Assembly: GCA_023144005.1 (NCBI GenBank)
Contig: JAGLGN010000014.1
Coordinates: 29,984 to 93,983 of the forward strand
DNA from: a bacterium
Lineage (GTDB): Bacteria > AUK180
DNA length: 64,000 bases
Direction of reading: 5' to 3'
Part shown: positions 18,897-27,406 of the stretch, one piece after another
Position numbering within the stretch: the stretch's first letter is position 1
How the letters are laid out: every line of letters starts with the position of its first letter
Made by a program: the position numbers and the translations under genes
The notes under the pieces: model-generated
Databases searched by the model: none
What the model saw: only the letters and a program-made list of their open reading frames with translations
Told to the model about the DNA's origin: nothing

Positions 18897-21421
18897 TAAT
18901 ACGACAAGAATATTATTTTAAAGTATGGATACTTCTCCACATCAATTATATCCTTATCGATCTCAATCGTAGGATCAAATCCGTTAATCGTTTCAAGAGA
19001 TGTTTTATACAAAAAATATTCCTCCGCTGTCAACTGCGATCTTTTTTCAAATTTCTCAAGTATTTCCCTTGCTTCGCTCTTCCCCCAGGTTTTATCTTCC
19101 AGTTTCTGTCTGAGAATTGATTTAGCAAATCTCAAGGCCTTTTTCTCATAAGAATTCATCAAAGAATCCTCTCTCAAACAGTATTCTATCAGATGCTCCC
19201 ATTTTCCCGAGACCACCATATCATATGCCAGCCTTTCCCATCCTATCTCAGATACCGAATTGCCAAATAATTCATCATGACGGATCGCGATCTCCACTGC
19301 ATTTTCAAGCGATATACCCCGCAACTTGAAATAATAATTTCTTAAATTACTTTTTTTGGATGGATTAAAAAGATAGGAGGTCAATACTTGTTTTTCCTTA
19401 GGGGTATTTTTCGGAATATTAAAATGGAATTTTTTCACATTACTCCCACTTAGATCCCTCGCTTCAACATTAAAAAATATATGCAGATGCTCCTTCAAGA
19501 ATTCTAATCCAGGGAAAATATCATATAATATCTGCATACTCCTTTGATCCGGAATATCCCCTTGTATCATCATTAAATAGTGATAAGTAGGATTAATAAT
19601 ACTGATGGGATTATCATTTATAACCGGAGGAAGAGGGGAGAGGGCATCTTCCAATGTGTAAACACTCCGGGAAAGTTCGCTGATCGCGGCGTTATCCCAG
19701 ATACTTGAATTAGATCTACTCATTTCATCCCTGATATATTTTGCTTTATCTGCCTGAGACTGCTCTACATCGGTGTGGACAAGTGACGATAATTCCTCCG
19801 AAAGCCCGGTTACCGCATATGCGAACAGCGCGTCTTTGCGTCTGAGCTTATGTATCCTTAAAAATTCAATACCTTCCTTGAATCTTCCTGAATTAAACAG
19901 GCTTACAAAGAGCACAAAATTAATATTCTCATCATTTTTAACATAACGGCGCATCTTGAACAATTCTTGATTTAGCTCCTCCCATCTTTCCTGCTGCCAT
20001 AGTATGTCGGTAAGAAGTTTTCTTGATATAAGCTCCTCAGGAACCATTGAAATGGATGTTCTCAGATCCTTTTCGGCTCCCTTAAGATCGCCTGCAGCCA
20101 AACGGAGAGATGCGAGGTATTTCAGATGAGCCGGATAAACATCTTCCTTAAAATAATCATTAAGATATGCTTCGGCAAAAGAGAAGGGGAGAAATTTATC
20201 CATTTGCTTTGCCCGGGATAGTACATATTCCTGTCTATCGCAGAAATGCGTTATGGGAGAAAATTTACTTAATACTTCGTAACTGTTTACCAATAACACA
20301 AAGATCAATACTGCCGATACCGCGATTTCCTTTGCTTTTGAGTTTCTGCTTTTTACCGTTTTGGTAAAGAGGACGCCATTCAGCGTGGTAATAATGAAAA
20401 ATGCAGCAAGGGGTTGATGCAGCGGGTATTCAAATGCGAAGGACAGCAGATATGCGTAGATCGGCCAATATTGTCTCCAATTATCCCTTCGCAAAAGTTT
20501 GCTCACTATAAAAATATAGAGAAAAATGAAAAGAGCAAAGCCCAACACCCCGCTTTCAACAGCGATGTGGAGAAATTCATTATGCGCACGCTTTACAAAT
20601 ATCTTACGGCTGTTCAGCAAGGAATCATCTTTATTCTCTTTTGCTAATTGAAATTTGTATGCGGAAGGAAATCGCCCCAGACCCGCGCCGAGCGGGTTAC
20701 TCTTGATACGAGCCAAGGTAATTTTAAATATCTTACCCCGGGTATTCCAGGGAAGATCAATACTCAATATAAGGATCAGAAATACCACGGGAAGCAATAA
20801 AAGCATCACTTTCATAATCTTTCTGGATGTGATCGCGCGCAGAAGAACCATTAAAAAAAGCAGGCCTATAGCGCCTTTTGAATATGTTGCAATTAAGGCA
20901 ACGGAATATATCAAAGGAAAGATCCATTTTCTCTTTTGCGCTGAAAAGAGTTCAAATAGAGTCCCAAGCAGAAGAAGAAGGCCTAATTCATTCGGATTTC
21001 CAACGGTGGCGAATACTTTTTTACTTCCCCAGTCAAAGTCCCAGATGGCAAGATCTACAGAAAAATATTGAAGCAAGGCATAGATAGATATCAAGATCAA
21101 TGATATCCTGATGCCGGGAAGAAGATCGCGGTCTCGTCTAAAAGAAAGAAGGGCCGCAAAAAGGATCACCTGGCAGAATTGATATATCCCGGGGCGGCTT
21201 GGCAATATTAACAATAAGATCGCCAGAGGAAAGATGACCAAGAACGGAATATAGGAGATATTCTTCTGCTTACGGGAAAAAAAGCTCCACAAAACAAATA
21301 TTGATATCAAAAGAAGTTTGACTGCCGTGAACGGATTCGACCCCACGGGGATAAATGCTAAAAATATCGCGATGATCAAAAAATTATCGATTATCTTCTT
21401 TATCCCAAATGATCGTTCCAT
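18896..21421 (-). CDS. O-antigen ligase-like (Wzy_C) membrane protein with TPR-like C-terminal region
   Basis: ATVGNPNELG, TYSKGA, PLGAGLGRF, RAHNEFLHIAVESGVLG motifs, followed by helical repeats. Confidence 0.85.
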   Translation of the reverse strand: MERSFGIKKIIDNFLIIAIFLAFIPVGSNPFTAVKLLLISIFVLWSFFSRKQKNISYIPFLVIFPLAILLLILPSRPGIYQFCQVILFAALLSFRRDRDLLPGIRISLILISIYALLQYFSVDLAIWDFDWGSKKVFATVGNPNELGLLLLLGTLFELFSAQKRKWIFPLIYSVALIATYSKGAIGLLFLMVLLRAITSRKIMKVMLLLLPVVFLILILSIDLPWNTRGKIFKITLARIKSNPLGAGLGRFPSAYKFQLAKENKDDSLLNSRKIFVKRAHNEFLHIAVESGVLGFALFIFLYIFIVSKLLRRDNWRQYWPIYAYLLSFAFEYPLHQPLAAFFIITTLNGVLFTKTVKSRNSKAKEIAVSAVLIFVLLVNSYEVLSKFSPITHFCDRQEYVLSRAKQMDKFLPFSFAEAYLNDYFKEDVYPAHLKYLASLRLAAGDLKGAEKDLRTSISMVPEELISRKLLTDILWQQERWEELNQELFKMRRYVKNDENINFVLFVSLFNSGRFKEGIEFLRIHKLRRKDALFAYAVTGLSEELSSLVHTDVEQSQADKAKYIRDEMSRSNSSIWDNAAISELSRSVYTLEDALSPLPPVINDNPISIINPTYHYLMMIQGDIPDQRSMQILYDIFPGLEFLKEHLHIFFNVEARDLSGSNVKKFHFNIPKNTPKEKQVLTSYLFNPSKKSNLRNYYFKLRGISLENAVEIAIRHDELFGNSVSEIGWERLAYDMVVSGKWEHLIEYCLREDSLMNSYEKKALRFAKSILRQKLEDKTWGKSEAREILEKFEKRSQLTAEEYFLYKTSLETINGFDPTIEIDKDIIDVEKYPYFKIIFLSY

Positions 21422-21426
21422 GGTGA

Positions 21427-21455
21427 AATATATCAGAATTCCCCTATTTTTTCAA
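21427..21455 (-). promoter_or_regulatory. sigma70-type promoter, probably leaderless
   Basis: TTGAAA-17-TATATT with extended TG, then 5 nt to ATG 21421. Confidence 0.6.
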
Positions 21456-23657
21456 ACCGAGACGGCGATGAAGGCGAGTGATCCGGTGGGTATATCCGGT
21501 ATAATACTCACATTTAGGGGCCAGATCCCTGTTTAACAGACCCGGGTCTTTAACGATCAGCACAGGTATTGATCTTATAGCGGTGCGCATATGTCCAATC
21601 TCTGTAAAGATAGATGCCAGCGAATTGAATCTCTCTTCATCAAAATCTATTGCTATATCCGAAGCTACGCCAAAGAATCCCAATTGCGGGGTGGTGAAGA
21701 AGCGGATATGTTCAAATACATGATCGATCGTTGCGGGAACAATATATTGTTCATCTGACCAAAAAAGAAGAACGCCATTATCGGACAGGGCAGTTCGGAG
21801 CAATTGGAAAAACTCCAAAGAGTACAGATTGTTTGAATATGCGGTCGTGGTTCTCAATGGGTCCATCATTATCAGATCGTATTTTTTTGTATTTTCATAT
21901 AAGAATCTTCTGCCGTCACCGACAATATAATTGATCTTATTTTGATCGAATAAGAATTCAGTCGATTTTGTATTTCGAAGATTCTCCAACAGTGAAGGGT
22001 TTAATTCCACGACATCTATTTTTTTTGTATCATCACAAAATACGGCAACTTCAACAAAAGTGCCCGTGCCCATGCCGATAATTAATACATTTTCAGGAAC
22101 AGGCGTAGAGGAAAGGCCATAAGCGGCCTCCAGTTGAAATTCCACTCCGGGACGAAAGCCATGCCCCAAACCGTTTAGCACATTTTTCACTTTTTCCCCG
22201 TTGCTTCCCGTCACCACAACCCCTTCTGTGCTCTCCGAGATCAGAATGGTTGCCATCCCGCTCAACGATCCTTTGTGAATACTTTTATATAGCTGTGTTT
22301 TATTCGGAAATATTATGAATACCATGATCAAAAAAGCAACCCATAAGAAGGTCATGCGAAGAGATCTTTTTCTGAGCAGCAGCGGGATTAAAAATAACAC
22401 CGCACCGATTCCGAGGATTAAAAATGTAATAGAGGTCCCGAAAACATTCAATAAGACAAAACCCGTAATAAGCGCGCCAAGAATATTACCAAGCGTAGAA
22501 AAGGAATATACAATACCGGATGAGTATCCCCTTGAGACACCCTTTTCGTGAAACAGTGTGGTGATCAATGGGAATGAGGCCCCCATGAGAAAGGCGGGTG
22601 GAAATACGAAAATGATCGGCCAGAGAAAAAGATCAATAGCATACCAGATATTTGACCATTTCAGATATAACGGTGGATGCAATAAGTATTGAAAGGAATT
22701 CTGTGTAAATGCGGTGATTACTCCCCATTTATTCAAATAGTAAAATCCCGTTATAGAAAAGATTACATAGATTCCAATTAGGCCCTGTAAAAGAAAATAT
22801 GTATTGCGATCAGACCGAAGACGGGACGATCTAAGGGTGTAATACCCGCCTATACCCAGAGCTGATATAAAAACAAAGAGAACTGTAGAGAATACATACG
22901 GAGAGCCCTTCAATATTACCGAGAGAAATCTGATATATACCATTTCCAGCCCTAAGGAAATAAATCCGGAAAGAGTTACCAGAAGCAGGATGGAAACAGA
23001 GTGAGATGCTTTTTGTTTATATACTGAATTTGATCGAATGCCCGTTTGCCGTGGTAGATACCGTAGCGCCAGAAGCGCGGAAATGACGTTAATTGATGAT
23101 GCGCTTATAAGACCAAAATTCATATCCATATAGGAGAGTATCCAGTATGATGAAAGGAGGATGCCGAATCCGCTTCCGATCGTATTGAGAAAGTAAAATC
23201 TTGAGATCGAATTTTGAAATGAACTCTCTTTTATCGCACTCACCCCAAAGGGAAATGCTGCGCCAATAAGTATCGTTGGGATTGACAAAAACAAGAAGAT
23301 AAATACACCACCGTAAAGGGGGGTTGAAGATGATATAAGAGCTCCAAGTGATGGCAAAAAAGAAAGCGTCACAAGAACAAAGACAGAAAGAAATAGCTGG
23401 GCCAAGATAAATCCCCGCTTACCTGAAACCCCTTTTTTAGAAAAATACGCTCCGAGCAGTGAGCCAGCGCCTAATCCGAACATATAAGAAGCAAGTACAA
23501 TTGAAGTAGAGCCGAATGAGACTCCATAATAGGCAGAGAAGATCCGCTGCCAGACGATCTGATAAATGAGTGCTGCCGTACCATAGAGCAAAATCGAAAG
23601 GTGAGAGAGAAACACGGTTTTTTTTTTCGGTTTCTGGTGCTTATTCACTTCAGTCAC
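21444..23657 (-). CDS. Fused MFS-like membrane domain / spermidine-synthase-like protein
   Basis: YQIVW.R and NTIGS..G membrane repeats; IIGMGTG, VELNP, GDGR, DLIMMDP SAM-fold motifs. Confidence 0.85.
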   Translation of the reverse strand: MTEVNKHQKPKKKTVFLSHLSILLYGTAALIYQIVWQRIFSAYYGVSFGSTSIVLASYMFGLGAGSLLGAYFSKKGVSGKRGFILAQLFLSVFVLVTLSFLPSLGALISSSTPLYGGVFIFLFLSIPTILIGAAFPFGVSAIKESSFQNSISRFYFLNTIGSGFGILLSSYWILSYMDMNFGLISASSINVISALLALRYLPRQTGIRSNSVYKQKASHSVSILLLVTLSGFISLGLEMVYIRFLSVILKGSPYVFSTVLFVFISALGIGGYYTLRSSRLRSDRNTYFLLQGLIGIYVIFSITGFYYLNKWGVITAFTQNSFQYLLHPPLYLKWSNIWYAIDLFLWPIIFVFPPAFLMGASFPLITTLFHEKGVSRGYSSGIVYSFSTLGNILGALITGFVLLNVFGTSITFLILGIGAVLFLIPLLLRKRSLRMTFLWVAFLIMVFIIFPNKTQLYKSIHKGSLSGMATILISESTEGVVVTGSNGEKVKNVLNGLGHGFRPGVEFQLEAAYGLSSTPVPENVLIIGMGTGTFVEVAVFCDDTKKIDVVELNPSLLENLRNTKSTEFLFDQNKINYIVGDGRRFLYENTKKYDLIMMDPLRTTTAYSNNLYSLEFFQLLRTALSDNGVLLFWSDEQYIVPATIDHVFEHIRFFTTPQLGFFGVASDIAIDFDEERFNSLASIFTEIGHMRTAIRSIPVLIVKDPGLLNRDLAPKCEYYTGYTHRITRLHRRLGLKK

Positions 23658-24345
23658 TAGATAAAATATATCTTAATGTATCTTCGCCACAGTTAAATAA
23701 TGTATCAAGAATTGAAACTCCGTGAACAAAGGGACCGAATAACTGTGGATATTTCCGATAATTCGCATAATCCTTGTAGATTATTTCAATGCCGGTTTTA
23801 TCAAGAAGATCCTTCTCCACATATGCTTGAGCACGAGGCCCCGAAATGTAAATCTCTGAATTGAAATGATCGCACATAGACATGATTAATTGAGTTTTTC
23901 TATCATCAATACCGATATCGCTTGCGTAATGGAACTCTGTATTCAAATCCAAAATCTGTGCGAGCTTTTTTATAATGAACGTATCAAGTTCAGATAGATG
24001 CTCCCATTTGTTATTTACATATATTTCTTCCACTAGAAAAAAATACTTTTTGAAATACGGAGCGTGGGAATAACTGTGTATCAGGGATTCACGATGCTTG
24101 TACTGCCAATGCCAGAAATTATCGATACGGGCGTCTCTTATCAGCTGATCACGTCCACCTTTCACGGGAACTATAAGTGGAATAAGGCCGTTGGGGCCTT
24201 TTATGAAATTCTTATTTCTCCAATCCCGGACAGTGTATTGGACATTATCCAGAAAGACGAAAATATCCGAATCCTTGATAATCTCAAAATAGCCCTTCCA
24301 CGGAATATATGAGGGCTGTATTATTGCTAACTTTAGACGGTCCAT
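23650..24345 (-). CDS. WbqC family protein
   Basis: IIQPSYIPWKGYF, DNVQY...WRNKN, YISGP, VSILDTLFNCG; start reassigned to ATG 24345. Confidence 0.92.
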   Translation of the reverse strand: MDRLKLAIIQPSYIPWKGYFEIIKDSDIFVFLDNVQYTVRDWRNKNFIKGPNGLIPLIVPVKGGRDQLIRDARIDNFWHWQYKHRESLIHSYSHAPYFKKYFFLVEEIYVNNKWEHLSELDTFIIKKLAQILDLNTEFHYASDIGIDDRKTQLIMSMCDHFNSEIYISGPRAQAYVEKDLLDKTGIEIIYKDYANYRKYPQLFGPFVHGVSILDTLFNCGEDTLRYILSSD

Positions 24346-24350
24346 TAGCA

Positions 24351-24379
24351 ATTATACTGCATTTGCCCTATATTTTCAA
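24351..24379 (-). promoter_or_regulatory. sigma70-type promoter, probably leaderless, of the WbqC gene
   Basis: TTGAAA-17-TATAAT, then 5 nt to ATG 24345. Confidence 0.65.
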
Positions 24380-24386
24380 ACTTGTT

Positions 24387-24414
24387 TTGAGGCGAAGAAA
24401 GAATATGTTATAAT
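24387..24414 (+). promoter_or_regulatory. Extended -10 promoter, probably leaderless, of the methyltransferase gene
   Basis: TGt-TATAAT (24406-24414), then 7 nt to ATG 24422. Confidence 0.6.
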
Positions 24415-24421
24415 CATTCTA

Positions 24422-25120
24422 ATGAATATCATTACAATATTTTGGAAATCCATTTGGGAGCTAAGAGCAAAGATCCACAAAGATCCCTTGAGGGCAACAG
24501 GAAGAGATCTAAACCCGGAAGTTTATCCCCATCTTGCACAGGAGATCTCTGAGAAACTCCATTTGGTCGAGGGTGATTACCTTATTGATATCGGTTGTGC
24601 CAAGGGAGCATTAGACCTTTTGCTTTCTACAAAGGTTTCTTCGATTATGGCAACGGATTATTCTCAAAGCATGATAGATTGCGCAATAATGAGAAATTCT
24701 GCCAATAATATTGAGTTCCGGCAAGACAATGGCGAGAAGCTGAATCTCTTTTCACAGAAGTTTAATAAAATACTTATATATTCCGTATTTCATTATTTTT
24801 CCTCATTAACAAAGGTTAAAAACCTTCTAATTAAAATATTCGAGAAATTGCCAAGAGGTGGAGAGGTTCTCATCGGGGACCTACCGGATAAAAATAGAAG
24901 GCAATTGTTTCCAAGGAGATATTACTGCGAGCAGAAAGGTATTAAAAGAATAGTCGAATATATTGTCTTTTTTTTATCCTATCATCTCTGGCAATGGTTC
25001 ACTAAGGATTCCCTTTCTGAAATATGTAAACAGATCGGTTTTGAATACAGCTTTCTCCCGCAGGAGACCGAACAACCCACGAGCAGAGACAGGTTTGATC
25101 TATGGCTGAAAAAGAACTAA
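24422..25120 (+). CDS. Class I SAM-dependent methyltransferase
   Basis: LIDIGCAKG, TDYSQSMI, YSVFHYF, GGEVLIGD motifs. Confidence 0.85.
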   Translation: MNIITIFWKSIWELRAKIHKDPLRATGRDLNPEVYPHLAQEISEKLHLVEGDYLIDIGCAKGALDLLLSTKVSSIMATDYSQSMIDCAIMRNSANNIEFRQDNGEKLNLFSQKFNKILIYSVFHYFSSLTKVKNLLIKIFEKLPRGGEVLIGDLPDKNRRQLFPRRYYCEQKGIKRIVEYIVFFLSYHLWQWFTKDSLSEICKQIGFEYSFLPQETEQPTSRDRFDLWLKKN

Positions 25121-26154
25121 AACCTCTGGATCCGGCCGGCGAGGATCTATGGAATGACTTCCTGAAGGAAAGAGAGCACACTTATTTTCATACACTTAAG
25201 TATATGAAATTTATTTGCCAAGTCTACCCTGACTTGAAAAGCGCTTATTCTATCCTGATGAGTGAAGGGGAGGCTCGGGGAATAATCCCCCTTTTCTACA
25301 GTCCCTCTATCTTCTGGGGGAAGAAGATCTCACCGGTTCAATTCAATATGTATGGCGGACCTTTGCTTGACGACCCCGGAGATATTGATATCGTCGCCAA
25401 GGAATTATTCACGCTTTTTCCAAAGAGCACCTATATTGCATTCAGGGATTATTATGGGCGGTTTCCTTCCTCAAGGCACAACAGGACGATCAATGCAGAC
25501 GCTTATTTCACAATCGTTAAATTGAGCAAAAAAGAAAATTTAGCCAAACTGATCTATCGAGAGAGGTTTATTGAAAAGATCCGCTCACTTAAGAAAAATA
25601 ATGCTCTATCATTTCGCAAGATCGGAAAAGATGAACTACATGATCTTTATTGTTTATCCGTAAAATTCTTTAAAAAACGATTTGGCGTTTCATCTTATCC
25701 TGAGAAGTACTTTGAGATCATTTTAGATACTATCGTGAAAGGTGGAAATGGGGAATTGATCGGTTGCTTCTTAGACAAGAGATTAATAGCAGGAACATTT
25801 TTTATCAAATACAGAAACTCCGCCATCTATATGTGGGGCTGTTACGATCTGGCATTGTCACATTTATCACCGATCGCACTCTTATTAGACCATCAGATAA
25901 TTAAATTAGCCTCGGAGGGGTACAAAGAATTAGATCTGGGACAAACCCAAATTGGAAATCAAGGACTTCTTTTTTTCAAAGAGAACTTAGGCGGTGTACA
26001 TAGAAAGTTAAATAAAGTGTACATCCCTAAGGCAAAAAGTTTTAGGATACCTGCGGGAGACAACTCGTTTTCTATTGCTAAAAATGTTTTCCGCGTCTTG
26101 CCAGACTGGTTAGTGAAAACCCTAACCCCCCTTATATTCAGACTCTATAGATAG
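25102..26154 (+). CDS. FemAB-like GNAT family acyltransferase
   Basis: YGGPL, LIAGTFF, LSPIALL, ELDLG...GLLFFKENLGG motifs. Confidence 0.8.
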   Translation: MAEKELKPLDPAGEDLWNDFLKEREHTYFHTLKYMKFICQVYPDLKSAYSILMSEGEARGIIPLFYSPSIFWGKKISPVQFNMYGGPLLDDPGDIDIVAKELFTLFPKSTYIAFRDYYGRFPSSRHNRTINADAYFTIVKLSKKENLAKLIYRERFIEKIRSLKKNNALSFRKIGKDELHDLYCLSVKFFKKRFGVSSYPEKYFEIILDTIVKGGNGELIGCFLDKRLIAGTFFIKYRNSAIYMWGCYDLALSHLSPIALLLDHQIIKLASEGYKELDLGQTQIGNQGLLFFKENLGGVHRKLNKVYIPKAKSFRIPAGDNSFSIAKNVFRVLPDWLVKTLTPLIFRLYR

Positions 26155-26254
26155 ATATGAAGTCCCCTGAATGAATATAGGGACGTTTTCCTACGGTACT
26201 ATTATTATGCGGAGATGATCATATTTCGCTTCTTGCTCTTCCATCAGATAACAC

Positions 26255-27406
26255 TCAGTTCTTATCGGCATTGATCGGTTCCGCCAGGATCTCTTTTGCC
26301 AATATCTCACCTACCTTATGTTGACCGGCTAAATTCAGATGATAATCTACTGGATCGTAAAGGTCTTCCCCTGTACTTTCATAAGAGCTCCTCAAAACAG
26401 GAACGAAATTAAGGAAGTCGATTTGCTTATGCTGCAATACCTTAATGAATTCTGCTACGATAAGATCATCGATCTTAAGATCCTGCGGCTCCAGGTCCGG
26501 AACGGATTTACAAAAAGAAATATAATCCTGATTTGCCCCTTGAACCTGCATCATCGTGGGCAATATCAGGACTTTCAGTAAAATATTTTTTTGTCTGCAT
26601 AGAGAAATGAGGTCATCTAATACCGCGGCATATTTATCAAACCATCTCGCCTGTTCAAGAGTTCTAAGCCATCTCACCTGCCCGATGTCCTGCCCAAGCA
26701 TGGGGTTTGAAGAAAAAGTATTTTTCGGAACAAGGCGAAAATATATCATGGCAACCAGATTTGAATGCTCAACAAGCCACGGAAACGCTCTCCTTTTGGC
26801 CGGTAATATTATGGCTTTGCCATCTATAACTTCCACGCTCGGATAGTGATCATGAAATCCGATAAGATCAACAAGATCATTGCCCGTATAAAAAGTAAGC
26901 AGCGCCATATCCGGCTTTATAATATCACTGTTCTCTTTCAGAAAAAGGTACATCTGTTGGATAGACCAGCTCAATGTGCCGGAATTGATGACATTGTACG
27001 GGGAATCATCATGCTGGCGATTCAAAATACTTTCGGAAACATTAGGGAAAGTGTCATTTACTTTGCAATTGCCGTCCACGTGTGAATCGCCCAATACCAG
27101 GATGCGATATTCATTTTCCGCCTTTTCTCTAATTACATTTTCCTCTCTCAAGCCCTGGGCATTCGTCCGGTATATATAAAACCCTTCATCATATCGTGCG
27201 GTCTTTACATGAAGACGCGCGAATTTACTGTGCTTCATCCCATACTCTTTATCTGAAACGACACCCAGTTGATTCACATGGAAGAATTTACCATCATATT
27301 TCATTATATATGATGTGCGGAATAATGTTTCAAGTACAAGAAATAGTAATATCAGGAAACTCAGGATCCGAATGGTAATAAAAAGGTTTCTTATAAATTT
27401 TTCCAC
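26255..27406 (-). CDS. SGNH hydrolase / AlgX-AlgJ-like O-acetyltransferase family protein
   Basis: VLGDSH, FYTGND, DYHLN motifs; N-terminal TM; GTG start abuts the comEC stop. Confidence 0.8.
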   Translation of the reverse strand: MEKFIRNLFITIRILSFLILLFLVLETLFRTSYIMKYDGKFFHVNQLGVVSDKEYGMKHSKFARLHVKTARYDEGFYIYRTNAQGLREENVIREKAENEYRILVLGDSHVDGNCKVNDTFPNVSESILNRQHDDSPYNVINSGTLSWSIQQMYLFLKENSDIIKPDMALLTFYTGNDLVDLIGFHDHYPSVEVIDGKAIILPAKRRAFPWLVEHSNLVAMIYFRLVPKNTFSSNPMLGQDIGQVRWLRTLEQARWFDKYAAVLDDLISLCRQKNILLKVLILPTMMQVQGANQDYISFCKSVPDLEPQDLKIDDLIVAEFIKVLQHKQIDFLNFVPVLRSSYESTGEDLYDPVDYHLNLAGQHKVGEILAKEILAEPINADKN

